Source of the DNA: a virus
Lineage: Duplodnaviria > Caudoviricetes
Virus record (IMG/VR): IMGVR_UViG_3300027833_000058
Coordinates: 1-58,612 of that record
DNA length: 58,612 nucleotides
Reading direction: 5' to 3' (one strand)
Part shown: one piece after another, positions 18,933 to 28,967 of the stretch
Layout of the letters: each line of letters begins with the position of its first letter
How positions within the stretch are numbered: the first letter of the stretch is position 1
Made by a program: the position numbers and the translations under genes
Notes under the pieces: model-generated
What the model was told of the DNA's origin: nothing
The model's input: the letters and a program-made list of their open reading frames with translations, nothing else
The model's database searches: none

Positions 18933-19535
18933 TCAGAAAAAACGATCACGGATCAAATCTTTGAACTTTTTTTCATCAATTTCTAAGAAAGGTTTATACT
19001 TTCTTATTAACCTTATTATATCACTTGCTACGATTTTGTCAACTATTTCTTTATCCCAATAGGGAAAAATATTAGCGATGTAACAAAGGATAGTAATAGT
19101 TTCCAAACTAATTTTCTTTTGCATATATAAAGTCATAAGCAACGGATGCTGCCCATTCACTGAAGTAAAATTAGCTTGGAAGTTGTCGTCAAGAAGATTA
19201 ATCTCGGTTTTGAATGTACGCGATAGAGTATCTATTCTACGCTGCCAATCAACATATCGATCTTCACCTTCTTGTTCGAGTATTTCACGGATCCATGCAT
19301 TAGGCTTTACTATCATATTAGATAGCATAAGCTTTTCTGGATCATCTCTTTGTGAAAGCTTTTCGAAAAAATATGCATCATTACGAGTTCTATACTTATC
19401 GTATGATGCTCTTATTTTTCCGTGGTATTTAATGTAGTCATAACCGTCAGAGGTAAAATGTTTCTTCATTGCAAGGTACTTTACGTACCATATGAAACTA
19501 CCTTCGTTAGCATAACTTAGTGAGGTCTTGATCAT
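18933..19535 (-). CDS. 59: Helicase loader gp59
   Basis: YLAMKKHF...YDY.KY.GK, RND.YFFEKL, ISLET; synteny gp33-gp59-gp32. Confidence 0.9.
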   Translation of the reverse strand: MIKTSLSYANEGSFIWYVKYLAMKKHFTSDGYDYIKYHGKIRASYDKYRTRNDAYFFEKLSQRDDPEKLMLSNMIVKPNAWIREILEQEGEDRYVDWQRRIDTLSRTFKTEINLLDDNFQANFTSVNGQHPLLMTLYMQKKISLETITILCYIANIFPYWDKEIVDKIVASDIIRLIRKYKPFLEIDEKKFKDLIRDRFF

Positions 19536-19767
19536 CTTTAATTACCAATTTTGCATCTACTGCTTCAGATCTTACTTTTTCTTTTAGAATAGAAGATTTC
19601 TTAACAATATTAGCTACTGTTTCAATTTCTAACTCGTTTACGCGAGCGTATTCACACAATGCATCTATATAACCTATACCACTTTTGAGCATGTATTGAA
19701 TATCATGATGTACCTTTTCAGGTGTTCTTGGTGCTACTAGTGCAGCTTCATTCATGTCTTTATCCAT
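19507..19767 (-). CDS. 33: Late transcription co-activator gp33
   Basis: YIDAL..Y.....EIE.......LKEKV..EA; synteny. Confidence 0.85.
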   Translation of the reverse strand: MDKDMNEAALVAPRTPEKVHHDIQYMLKSGIGYIDALCEYARVNELEIETVANIVKKSSILKEKVRSEAVDAKLVIKDDQDLTKLC

Positions 19768-19960
19768 TAAGTGTCTTTATCCCTGCAAGCCAATTTTCAG
19801 CTGCTGATTGAGCGAAGTGAATACTTTTACCTTCATAAACTTCCTCTTTAATAAAGTCGTTATTAATAAAGAAGCGAACGCCGGCACCGTTTTCTGTAGC
19901 GAAGTAGTCTACCTTTAGTGATTGACCATCCCTCTCAGATATTAATGTTTTACCTATCAT
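19760..19960 (-). CDS. Hypothetical protein
   Basis: KS.HFA.SAAENW..G motif common in T4-like phages; operonic. Confidence 0.6.
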   Translation of the reverse strand: MIGKTLISERDGQSLKVDYFATENGAGVRFFINNDFIKEEVYEGKSIHFAQSAAENWLAGIKTLNG

Positions 19961-20193
19961 TGTTTATTCTCCTTAATACTTGAAGTTGCTTTAACACTGC
20001 CACAATTGGCGCAATAAACAATTGTTGCAATAAACTGGTGTTTACCGATTTTAATGTTTCTTTTACCAGTTGATATATCTATTATATCACAACAGCCATT
20101 AACTGTCAACTGTTTATTTGAATTATTATTAACTCCTGATATCTTAGAGATAGGCTTAATTTCCAGTCCAAAATTACGTCTGTTAATCATCAT
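19957..20193 (-). CDS. Hypothetical protein with CC and CxxC (possible Zn ribbon)
   Basis: Operonic ORF. Confidence 0.45.
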   Translation of the reverse strand: MMINRRNFGLEIKPISKISGVNNNSNKQLTVNGCCDIIDISTGKRNIKIGKHQFIATIVYCANCGSVKATSSIKENKQ

Positions 20194-20872
20194 CTAGTTC
20201 CTCAAATAATACATTGTTAACATACTTTTCTTTATCTTCTTCTGATATTCCCATTGCTAAAATAGAACGGTGTAAGTGTGGATTAAGCTTTTGATTTTGA
20301 CAATACTTGTTTAGTAATGGTTTTATATTACGATGACTATCGAGAGCATTTGTATCTATGTTATCTAGGTAGTGATCTACTAAGTCAGTTGTTACTGCGA
20401 TAAACTGATTAAGCTCTTCGTCAGTCTTAATGTTACCGACTGCAAGCATGTCTTTTGAAAATATCTCTTGAGCCCACGGTGGTAATTCTCTAGGTTTGTT
20501 CCATTCTAAGTCTTTAACTCGCCTTTCCATATATTCATTATACGGATGCGGAAAACCACGCAAAGGACTGTAATCCATAAACGAACCTGTAATCTTTTTA
20601 GGTCCTGCTACAATATCAAATCCAAGTATAGGCAATTCGTAGCTTGGATCTGGAAACACATTCACATGCATTAGCCACAAACCTTTACCATCTGCCGGTA
20701 CAATTGTTTTTAAATGAGCTTTTGATACTTGATCAGAGTGCCAAAAAGTATCATTCCAATCTTTAAATTTAAGATCATCTGTATACTTTTCGTTATCATA
20801 ACGAGTAAAATGTTTATCGAAGCTTGCTGAAATATAATCAGCATAACCGTTTAATCTATCCCATAGTTCCAT
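20183..20872 (-). CDS. pcyX: Ferredoxin-dependent bilin reductase, PcyX/PcyA-like
   Basis: GLWLMH..VFP...PILGFDIVAG.KKITG.F.DYSP; RELPPWA.EIFS; YC.NQK.NPH; near heme oxygenase. Confidence 0.85.
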   Translation of the reverse strand: MELWDRLNGYADYISASFDKHFTRYDNEKYTDDLKFKDWNDTFWHSDQVSKAHLKTIVPADGKGLWLMHVNVFPDPSYELPILGFDIVAGPKKITGSFMDYSPLRGFPHPYNEYMERRVKDLEWNKPRELPPWAQEIFSKDMLAVGNIKTDEELNQFIAVTTDLVDHYLDNIDTNALDSHRNIKPLLNKYCQNQKLNPHLHRSILAMGISEEDKEKYVNNVLFEELDDD

Positions 20873-20884
20873 TATTCTTACCCT

Positions 20885-21058
20885 CTATATTACATCATCT
20901 TTTATTACTTTGGTTAATGTTGCGCTGAGATTGTCTTCACTTATACTCCACACAACATCATCACCAATATTAATATTGGACGCTAGTAATACAGAATCAG
21001 GGAGAACAATAAAATGCTCTCCCGTCTCAGATACTTGAACTTCAAGTTGATGATTCAT
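20885..21058 (-). CDS. Small AbrB/MazE-like protein (57 aa)
   Basis: Manual translation ...GEHFIVLPDSVL...IGDDVVW... Confidence 0.55.
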   Translation of the reverse strand: MNHQLEVQVSETGEHFIVLPDSVLLASNINIGDDVVWSISEDNLSATLTKVIKDDVI

Positions 21059-21243
21059 TTTTTCTTTTTAGCTCGCCGAGCTGCAGCATATTCGTTTTGC
21101 AGTAGCTGTTCGCGAACACTCTTTGTTTCTTGCCTACGGCTTCTAGCCGTTTCTGAACTAGCCATACGTTTTTGACGTTTTAAATCTTTTTCGATTCCAA
21201 AGTCAGTTTCAAATTCAATTTCATCTTGCATATTATTTTGCAT
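21055..21243 (-). CDS. Small basic hypothetical protein
   Basis: ORF with GGAG RBS. Confidence 0.55.
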   Translation of the reverse strand: MQNNMQDEIEFETDFGIEKDLKRQKRMASSETARSRRQETKSVREQLLQNEYAAARRAKKKK

Positions 21244-21286
21244 GAGATAGTCTCCTTTATTAACTGTTTGTTATGGTATAATTATA

Positions 21287-21856
21287 CTATGTAATAGTAG
21301 CTTTGTCAACCATTTCTTTTGAAAGTTCATCAAATAATTCTGAAGCAAAATCAAAACATATTTTTGCCTCATCAGCCATATCGTCTGATAACAATGTTCT
21401 AAACTGTTCAATAAGAACTTTAGTGTCACCTTCGAATTCGTACATCAAGCCATTGCCTGGAGTTTTCTTTTTGATAATTTGTCCACCGTGTAATTCACCA
21501 AAGTGGCGAACATACATATGCGCAAGTAAAGCTTCGTTATCATCAGCTTCTGCTAATCCATTAACATATGCTGCATACTTACTTACTGATGGAGGAAACA
21601 CGCCTGTAGGAGAGTAACCGAAGACTTCTTCTAGTTCTCTAATATCTTCAAAGATACGTCTATGACGTTTGATAGCGTGTAAGTTTGGGGGGATGATAGT
21701 GTGTCGTTCTAGTACTTCGTAATTCATGTACTGACAACATAGGAATTTGTGATACAAGGCTGTATCGATTTTTCCTGAAATAAGTTCTTTAGCAAATGCT
21801 CTTCGCTCAGCAGACTGATGGTGAGCCCAAGTTAATTCTTTCAATTTGTTTGACAT
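21287..21856 (-). CDS. hemO: Heme oxygenase
   Basis: LKELT...H..AE proximal His; AHMYVRHFGELHGGQII; EA..CF. Confidence 0.92.
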   Translation of the reverse strand: MSNKLKELTWAHHQSAERRAFAKELISGKIDTALYHKFLCCQYMNYEVLERHTIIPPNLHAIKRHRRIFEDIRELEEVFGYSPTGVFPPSVSKYAAYVNGLAEADDNEALLAHMYVRHFGELHGGQIIKKKTPGNGLMYEFEGDTKVLIEQFRTLLSDDMADEAKICFDFASELFDELSKEMVDKATIT

Positions 21857-21877
21857 AATATCCTCTTTAATAATTAA

Positions 21878-22170
21878 AGTGCCACTTTTCTGTTGCTAAG
21901 TAAGTGGCCAACTCCCTGTGATTATGCCGCTAGGGCTAATCCAGATGGTGCGAAATTTTCATTTGCATTTAGTTTAATTGATCTATGCGCGATCATCCGG
22001 TAAACTCCACTTCACTACAACACCTGTCGATCCTAGTTCAGCCCCATCAAAAACACACTACCCGCTTTATCAGATACGTTCCAGAATTAACTGGAATAGT
22101 GTGTTTTTGGTGGAGCTGTCGGGTACTGCCCCCGAGTCCAGCATGTTTTCACGTTGCTTCAACGTTTACA
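21878..22170 (-). ncRNA. ssrA: Permuted (two-piece) tmRNA; tag peptide ANENFAPSGLALAA
   Basis: Acceptor piece ends GGACTCGGGGGCAGTACCCGACAGCTCCACCA (22108); hairpin intervening segment; coding piece starts GGGGCTGAACTAGGATCGAC (22045); G3.U wobble; tag ORF 21966-21922. Outer ends approximate. Confidence 0.93.
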
Positions 22171-22174
22171 ATAT

Positions 22175-22210
22175 TATTTATATAATATACTAGTAACAGA
22201 CGCTTGTCAA
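22175..22210 (-). promoter_or_regulatory. Overlapping sigma70 (TTGACA-17-TATTAT) and late (TATAAATA) promoters for the tmRNA
   Basis: Both motifs read directly upstream of the acceptor piece. Confidence 0.7.
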
Positions 22211-22217
22211 CAGTTAT

Positions 22218-22490
22218 TTAATCATAACCTAAAACGGCAACTTTAGACATCTCTGCAATGCGTAATTCTGTTACACGATCTTCATATGCTACATCGAAAC
22301 CTTCTTCGGCATATTGGCATCTCTCGTGATTGCCCCATAATCTTTTAAAATAACTATCATAAAGGTATTCAACTACAGAGTCAGGTTCTGCTTTATCAAT
22401 TAGTTGACCTTTTACCATCCAATTCAAACGGTTGGCTTCTTTACGTACTTCTGGTGAGCACATGGTGGGACCTCCAAATATTAACTGCAT
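22218..22490 (-). CDS. Hypothetical protein, probable start MCSPEVR
   Basis: GGAGG RBS precedes the internal ATG. Confidence 0.6.
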   Translation of the reverse strand: MQLIFGGPTMCSPEVRKEANRLNWMVKGQLIDKAEPDSVVEYLYDSYFKRLWGNHERCQYAEEGFDVAYEDRVTELRIAEMSKVAVLGYD

Positions 22491-22507
22491 GATTTATTTA
22501 TGAGGTA

Positions 22508-22560
22508 TGTTACCGGCAATAGCAAACTGTTACCGGTAACACTTGTAACAAATTGTTACA
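22508..22560. promoter_or_regulatory. Operator-like palindromes (TGTTACCGGTAACA and variants)
   Basis: Perfect 14-bp palindrome at 22528-22541; imperfect copy at 22508-22521. Confidence 0.5.
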
Positions 22561-23515
22561 GTCCGTTGGGAACGATAACATAGTGGATCATAAGTACTAG
22601 AGCAACCGAAGCGCCTAGACCAATCATCATTTTCATAAAGTCTCTTCCAACTAATGGGAATACACTCTTGAACTTCATCTTGCCAGTAAACGATGCAATA
22701 GCAAGTTCACGTCCTGCAAGCATACCAACAAATACCCACGTTGTCGACATTGGAATGTCATTAAGTTCTTTAAAGAAGTATAGACACAACCAGTAGAATA
22801 AGTCAATCAATGTTGCAGATCTTACATATCTTGTATTGTGTTTCTCTAATACAATTTCTTGTATCTTACCTCCACGTTCTCTAAACATAAAGAACAATCC
22901 AATCACGAATACACCACTTACCATAATCATTAGATCTACTGGTACTTCTCTCGGAAGGAACACTGCAATGTTAGCCATATCGTGAGACAACCAAGTCCAC
23001 CATAAACCACCTGTTGCAAACCACTGAGCAATTCGCCAATAGTTTTTATGTTCTTCTTTAACTGGTGCTGCTTCATCAAGTGTTCTACTTATAACATACC
23101 ATGCTGCATAAGCAAACAAAGCTGCAATACCGTATCCCATAATAGATTTCATTAGCATTTTTTCCAACACAAAGGTTGAAGCAAACACAGATAATACTAA
23201 AAATGATGTTGAAACAGGTACACCAAAACGTGTTAATAATACAAGTATGCCTGGTGCGGCTGCATGATACCACTGGATTTCTTGCCACGGAATTTTGTTT
23301 AATCTACCGTATGATATATCACCGCCATTTACAACCCATCCATACCAAAGAGTTGCTAATAGTACTGCTGATGCAGCAATCCATAATGTTTTATAATTAT
23401 ATCTCTCATTGTTTGATGCCATCCAAGTACCGAGAGTCTGTACTGAATCGTTAGCAATAACTGCGTATGCAGCAAATAGGAACCCGACAAGGCTCCATAA
23501 AGTTAACATTTCCAT
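22556..23515 (-). CDS. PiT/PHO4-like inorganic phosphate (anion) transporter
   Basis: Multi-TM; duplicated signatures ANDSVQT/HDMAN and PVSTS/PMSTT. Confidence 0.7.
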   Translation of the reverse strand: MEMLTLWSLVGFLFAAYAVIANDSVQTLGTWMASNNERYNYKTLWIAASAVLLATLWYGWVVNGGDISYGRLNKIPWQEIQWYHAAAPGILVLLTRFGVPVSTSFLVLSVFASTFVLEKMLMKSIMGYGIAALFAYAAWYVISRTLDEAAPVKEEHKNYWRIAQWFATGGLWWTWLSHDMANIAVFLPREVPVDLMIMVSGVFVIGLFFMFRERGGKIQEIVLEKHNTRYVRSATLIDLFYWLCLYFFKELNDIPMSTTWVFVGMLAGRELAIASFTGKMKFKSVFPLVGRDFMKMMIGLGASVALVLMIHYVIVPNGL

Positions 23516-23601
23516 TTAATCTTCCTTTTCTTTATTGGTGCTTTTACCACACCGGTTAAGTAAATAAAAAGAGCTGGCTTTGACCACCAACTCTCCTTTA
23601 T

Positions 23602-23757
23602 TTATTCGTCACCTACCCACAAGTTGATAGTTATTAGGTTTTTGTCTTTTTTACTTATTGCATATTCTATATCTAAATCAAATAACGCTTTTCTTAATGC
23701 AATTAACTTATCGGGTTCTTTAGGTTTTATCCATTGTTTTATCGGATGTTCGTCCAT
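23602..23757 (-). CDS. Small hypothetical protein (51 aa)
   Basis: Manual translation MDEHPIKQWIKPKEPDKL...; coupled to the upstream stop. Confidence 0.55.
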   Translation of the reverse strand: MDEHPIKQWIKPKEPDKLIALRKALFDLDIEYAISKKDKNLITINLWVGDE

Positions 23758-24170
23758 TATAAAGCTTTCTCTAAATCACCGTGGTTACCTTCGTGAGATG
23801 GAGCTACCCAACCTTCAGGTTTAATCAAATCAGGCAACCCAAACGGATTCGGACGGCCTTCTTTAACGCCAACAGATTTTTCCATATTAGCGTTGTAAAC
23901 CCTTTGCCAAGCAGCAGTAGCATCAATACCAAAGACATCGAGAGTCCCAATAGCAAAAACACACATGTCGATAAGACCATCGACAATTTCTTCAGGGTCT
24001 CGAGCTTCGATTGCATCCATTGTTTCATCTAGTTCTTCCTTACACATTGAAAGTCGGAAACGCAAATACTTATCCATCAAGTCTTTGTTGTCTTTATTGG
24101 CTTCAAACCAATCTTTTACACCAAACTTGTGGTGCATGTCGTTAATGTCTTTAGACCAGTTATAGCTCAT
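23757..24170 (-). CDS. MazG-like / PRA-PH nucleotide pyrophosphohydrolase
   Basis: EELDE...EIVDGLID, V..ANM.K, KPEGW.AP. Confidence 0.85.
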   Translation of the reverse strand: MSYNWSKDINDMHHKFGVKDWFEANKDNKDLMDKYLRFRLSMCKEELDETMDAIEARDPEEIVDGLIDMCVFAIGTLDVFGIDATAAWQRVYNANMEKSVGVKEGRPNPFGLPDLIKPEGWVAPSHEGNHGDLEKAL

Positions 24171-24227
24171 AGTATACTCCTATTTCATTTAATTAATTAT
24201 AATACTGAATTGTGAAAATGTCAACAA

Positions 24228-24428
24228 TTAATCTTCAATTCGTCGTTGCCAATTTGCCGTAGGGTCTCTACTAATACCTCGAGTAGCAAGTTGGTCTCTA
24301 ACATTTAACTTTTCCACCTTTAGTTTTTTAACAAACTCTTCAGGTGCTTTTTCAGCTTCAGCAGCTTCAATTAGTGCATGAAGCTTTTCGTGCCGTGCTG
24401 CTAGTGCTTCTAGTTCTTCAATATTCAT
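24228..24428 (-). CDS. DUF465/YdcH-like small coiled-coil protein
   Basis: H..L...I...LK.EKL.VRDQL. Confidence 0.65.
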   Translation of the reverse strand: MNIEELEALAARHEKLHALIEAAEAEKAPEEFVKKLKVEKLNVRDQLATRGISRDPTANWQRRIED

Positions 24429-24437
24429 TTTGTACTC

Positions 24438-26981
24438 CTATACAAAGAAATCATCAAGTGTTGCAATTTTTACTGCAGACCAACCAACTGCTTCTAGGAT
24501 AGCTTCTAGAGGCGATAGGAATACTTTTTCAAATTGCTTTTCGTAGTCAATATAATCGTGTAAACCAAATTCTTTAGGAAGAACACCTGGAAACGAGATG
24601 ATGTTTTCTTTAATCGGGTTTGGTGTTTTTAGATAGCAGAATTTGATCTTGTCGCCACCTGATATAGATGTAAACTTTTTAGTTAGACCATTTTCATTTA
24701 GATAGTAATTAAACAAGATACAACCACGAACGTGCATTGGGCAACCTTTCTTATATAGATTACCACGATCGCGATACTTATCAATGTTATCAGTACCAGA
24801 GTTGCGGCCAATATCTTCTGGAGGAAGCTTATAGAATTCTTGTCTGAAGTCTTCGATAAACTTTTGAACTGCAGCTTCATCGCCATTCATAATAACTGAG
24901 AACGATTGCTTTAGTTTGTTACGACATACTTCTGGTGTAGAAGACCGTACAGACTCAAGACCTGTTACAGAAATCTTTGGTTCTTCGTAGTGAACACCTT
25001 CTGAGTTGAGAGTATTCATAATGTAACGCTTCTTAGCAATGAACACAGATTTATCAGTAATCTTTTCTCGTTTCATTACCATCGCTTGACGATAAGAACC
25101 CATCTTAGATGCAAGTTCGATATAACCATTTTCGATTACTTCTTCGATTTTAGAAGAGCAAACTTTATCAAGGAACTCTTCGCCTTGCTTACGGCTTATA
25201 TCTGTTGTACCGAAAGATGCTTTAACTAGTGGACCAAAGTCAACATAGATTGAATCGGTATCGATATATACGATATAGTCTTTGTCGTTTGTTTTGAGTA
25301 TCTTATTAAGATATGTGTTTACAGAGTTTTGTGCATATCGAATAGATAACTGACCTGATGTTGTAATAGCTTCGGCCATGTCATTAATATAATACAAGAA
25401 GTAAATATTAGCAGTAGCACCATAAAGAGAGTTCATAGCAATCTTGATAGCCATTTGCTGGTTATGTAGATTGTTTGCTTCACGTTTAAGAGCAGCTTTA
25501 TGAGTAGGATCAGTAGCATTCTCAAGTTCTTGTTCGACACCAAGCATCTTCTTCTTGATTACAGAACGGTTACCGTAATATTCATCAATGATTTCAGGAA
25601 TAACACCTTTGAATTCATTTGTAAAACATGCGCCGTTTGCTGCAACTGATACAGACTTATCATCATTTTGATAATTGCCGCCGAGTACCATATCTTGAGA
25701 TACGTATTCACGACGATCATCAATATAAGTTTCTGGTGACATATTATATTGTAACATTAAGTGTGGATACAGAGAGTTAAGATCGAATGATACAATCCAA
25801 GGATGCATACCAACCTTTGGACTTTTAACATAACCACCTACGAGTTCACCTGCTCGAGCACCAGGACCACCTTTAAGTGGTGGGACACGACCTTCTTCGA
25901 TAAGTTTACGATATAGAGTTGTTTCCCATATGCCAACTGTACCGAATGCATCATTAAAGTTTACACCGCCACCATAAGCAACAGTCATAACTAGAGATAA
26001 CAAACCAGTTTCATCTTCAAAGCGTTGAATAAGCCACGTGTCTTTAAGGTTATAATCGAGATATAGTTGTGGGTTTTGTTCATACAATTCAGTAAGTGTA
26101 CCATACTCTGAGTAATCAAGTTTCTTTTCACCGAGTACTACATTAGCAATATGGTCTAGCTTCCAGGATTCTTGTGGGCCATACTTATAACCAAACTTCT
26201 TGAATGCATCCATATAATCGACTACAGCAACACCAGATATTTCATATGTTTGCTGCATCTTACCAAAGAATTCACGACCTGTTTGACGAATAGATCGCCA
26301 AGGAGAAAGATCTCGTGCAAACTCTTCGCCGAATAGACGAGACATACGTGTTATAATATATTGAATATCGAAGTAAGCTACGTTCCAGCCGGTTACAATA
26401 TCAGGATAATCATTACACCACAATTGTCTGAACCTACGAAGCAATGCTTCTTCAGTATCAAACTTCATAAAGTGAATGTTATCTGGATCGATATCAAGTA
26501 ACGTTTGTGATTTGTCGTAGTCTTTACGACCGAGTAGATGGTAATCATCAGACTTAGAAGATTTAAAAGCAATCGATGTGATTTCTTTATCAGCAGAATT
26601 CATATCAGGATAGCCGTCAGCAATATCAACCTCGATATCGAAAGAAACAATGTTTACTTTAGAAACATCGTAATTGACTTTACCTGGATATTTTTGCTGA
26701 ATGAACTGTGCTACGTAATTAGTGGAACCACCAATTTCAAAGCCGTGAACATCTTTATACTGTTCAATCCAATCTTTAGCCTCTCGCATAGTATCCATAA
26801 CAACAGAAGTCATAGGACGACCAGTTGTAAGAGATTTATGTTGGCTGGTACCAGATTTATCGCCACCGACAAATAAGGTAGGTGAGAACTTTACTTTACG
26901 TTCAAATCGCTTGTTATTTTCATAACCGCGCCATAATATGTTGTTGCCGTATCGCTCGACAGATGTGTAAAAGCTAGACAT
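24438..26981 (-). CDS. 43: Family B DNA polymerase gp43
   Basis: FDIEV exonuclease motif, [25 protein letters not shown]. Confidence 0.97.
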   Translation of the reverse strand: MSSFYTSVERYGNNILWRGYENNKRFERKVKFSPTLFVGGDKSGTSQHKSLTTGRPMTSVVMDTMREAKDWIEQYKDVHGFEIGGSTNYVAQFIQQKYPGKVNYDVSKVNIVSFDIEVDIADGYPDMNSADKEITSIAFKSSKSDDYHLLGRKDYDKSQTLLDIDPDNIHFMKFDTEEALLRRFRQLWCNDYPDIVTGWNVAYFDIQYIITRMSRLFGEEFARDLSPWRSIRQTGREFFGKMQQTYEISGVAVVDYMDAFKKFGYKYGPQESWKLDHIANVVLGEKKLDYSEYGTLTELYEQNPQLYLDYNLKDTWLIQRFEDETGLLSLVMTVAYGGGVNFNDAFGTVGIWETTLYRKLIEEGRVPPLKGGPGARAGELVGGYVKSPKVGMHPWIVSFDLNSLYPHLMLQYNMSPETYIDDRREYVSQDMVLGGNYQNDDKSVSVAANGACFTNEFKGVIPEIIDEYYGNRSVIKKKMLGVEQELENATDPTHKAALKREANNLHNQQMAIKIAMNSLYGATANIYFLYYINDMAEAITTSGQLSIRYAQNSVNTYLNKILKTNDKDYIVYIDTDSIYVDFGPLVKASFGTTDISRKQGEEFLDKVCSSKIEEVIENGYIELASKMGSYRQAMVMKREKITDKSVFIAKKRYIMNTLNSEGVHYEEPKISVTGLESVRSSTPEVCRNKLKQSFSVIMNGDEAAVQKFIEDFRQEFYKLPPEDIGRNSGTDNIDKYRDRGNLYKKGCPMHVRGCILFNYYLNENGLTKKFTSISGGDKIKFCYLKTPNPIKENIISFPGVLPKEFGLHDYIDYEKQFEKVFLSPLEAILEAVGWSAVKIATLDDFFV

Positions 26982-27040
26982 GATATTCCTTGTGATTCAA
27001 TATAATTCATTATATAACAGTTTCTGTGATATGTACACAG

Positions 27041-27247
27041 TTATTTTCGTGGGTCTATCTGTGATTCGATTCCACCTTGCCTGTTGTCTTTAGCAATTAG
27101 CAAAGCCATTGATTGTATATCATCTAAGATATTTTGACAAGCACTCTCGTCAAAATCCGGGTGTTCATTTCTTTTACGATGAAGCTGCATAGCTTTATCA
27201 TGCATTACGTTTATTCGTTCTATAAGTTGCTCTATAGTATGGTTCAT
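27041..27247 (-). CDS. Hypothetical protein
   Basis: AGGAG RBS; operonic. Confidence 0.6.
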   Translation of the reverse strand: MNHTIEQLIERINVMHDKAMQLHRKRNEHPDFDESACQNILDDIQSMALLIAKDNRQGGIESQIDPRK

Positions 27248-27254
27248 TGTGCTC

Positions 27255-28967
27255 CTACGCTGCTATTTGTGAGAAGTTTTTAATCTTATCAAACTTAACG
27301 TGGGACATAAACTTGTCGCCAAACTGATGGCCACGGTGTGAGATAACAAAGATGTTATCATCGGAGTTAAGATTATGTAGTGTATCAATCAACATTTCGA
27401 TACCAACACCATCAAGTGCACCATCTAAAGTTTCGTCTAAGATTAAGAGGTTAGTTGAGACTGAGTTACGTAGCTTAGCAACTGCTCGCCAAGACAACAT
27501 AATAGCCAACGTGATACGTAGCTTCTCACCTTCTGAGAATGAAGCATAAGAAAATGCATCACGGAAACGAGACTTAATTACTTCGTTAAAGTTTTCATCA
27601 AGCCTAAAGTCTACAAACAAATCAAATGCTTGAAGATACTTATTAATTAACTTATTCATTACAGGAACATATTGTTTAATGATCTTGGCTTTGATACCAC
27701 CATCTTTAAGCATTTGTGCTGTAACACTATTTACTTCTTTTTCTGCAAATAGTTCTGTTTGACGAGCATTGATTTCATTTAGAGTGTTACTATATTCTAA
27801 CAACTTAGTCATATCAACTGCTTCAGCTTCTTCTTCAGCCATATCTAATTCATTCTTATATGAAACTAATGCATTCTTAGCAACCTTGATTGTTGCACGT
27901 TGATCACCAATACCAAGATTAATATTACGCATTTTATCTTCAAGTTTTGAGATATCACCAAGACGATCATCGTACTCTTTAGATTTTACAGCCAGTTTCT
28001 CAAGCCCATCCATCAACTCAGTTACTTTAATATCTTTATCTGATATGATCCCTGCTTTGAAAGCTTGCTCAATACCTTGCTTACATGTAGGACAATCATC
28101 GTGATCCTTATAGAAAGATAACTCTTTTTGATGTGAACGCATTTGGCTTTCGATATCACGACGTAATGACTTAGCTTTTTCTGACTTCTTTTGCATATCA
28201 GGTTTATCTTTAATATCATCTAATACAGCTTCAAGCTCAACATTCTGTGTCTCAATAACAGCTTTAGCATTCTCAATATCTTTAAGGTGAGCACCCATCT
28301 TATCACGAATCTTTTCAGCTTCAACTTCTTTCATCTCACGAATAGAGTCATTATGATCTTTAGCCGCTTCGATACGAGTTTCAACCATATCTTTTTGGTA
28401 TCCGTTTTCTTTTATGCTTTCTTTATTAGAACTCACAATATCTTTCAATAACGTATTCATTGTACTAAACACTTGGATATCAAGAAGATCTTCAATAATT
28501 TCACGACGACCGTGTGCTGGTAGCTCCATAAAAGGAACGTATGTAGCACTACCAAGGATAACGATCTGTGTAAATGATTTATAGTTAAGCTTAAGAATGT
28601 TTTGTTCTAAGTAAGATTGATAATCTCTAACTGCAGCATCTTGGTCAATCAACACATCATTAAGAGCAATCTCAAAGAAGTTTGGCTTTATTCCACGCCT
28701 AATCTTATAGTTCTTTGCACCAATGTTAAACTCAATTTCTGTTTCGAGTTCTTTCTGATTAATAGAATTAACAAGCTGTGGCTTTGTAATCTTACGAAAT
28801 GGTTTACCATATAAAGCAAATGTTATTGCATCAAGCAATGTAGATTTGCCACTACCGTTTGAACCACTAATTAAAGTGGTCTTACTTTTATCTAACAGGA
28901 TCTCAGTCCAAGCATTACCCGATGATAAAACGTTTTTATAACGTACTTTCTTAAAATGAATCTTCAT
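27255..28967 (-). CDS. 46: Recombination ATPase gp46 (SbcC/Rad50-like)
   Basis: GSNGSGKS, CPTC zinc hook, FSEGEK, LDE, ISH. Confidence 0.95.
   Translation of the reverse strand: MKIHFKKVRYKNVLSSGNAWTEILLDKSKTTLISGSNGSGKSTLLDAITFALYGKPFRKITKPQLVNSINQKELETEIEFNIGAKNYKIRRGIKPNFFEIALNDVLIDQDAAVRDYQSYLEQNILKLNYKSFTQIVILGSATYVPFMELPAHGRREIIEDLLDIQVFSTMNTLLKDIVSSNKESIKENGYQKDMVETRIEAAKDHNDSIREMKEVEAEKIRDKMGAHLKDIENAKAVIETQNVELEAVLDDIKDKPDMQKKSEKAKSLRRDIESQMRSHQKELSFYKDHDDCPTCKQGIEQAFKAGIISDKDIKVTELMDGLEKLAVKSKEYDDRLGDISKLEDKMRNINLGIGDQRATIKVAKNALVSYKNELDMAEEEAEAVDMTKLLEYSNTLNEINARQTELFAEKEVNSVTAQMLKDGGIKAKIIKQYVPVMNKLINKYLQAFDLFVDFRLDENFNEVIKSRFRDAFSYASFSEGEKLRITLAIMLSWRAVAKLRNSVSTNLLILDETLDGALDGVGIEMLIDTLHNLNSDDNIFVISHRGHQFGDKFMSHVKFDKIKNFSQIAA

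Noticed and set aside
21978-22193. Two + strand ORFs (71 and 66 aa)
   Set aside because: Antisense shadows of the tmRNA gene
24438-26981. Intein, intron or split in DNA polymerase (also checked gp41 and UvsX)
   Set aside because: Normal lengths with no insertion or splicing motifs seen
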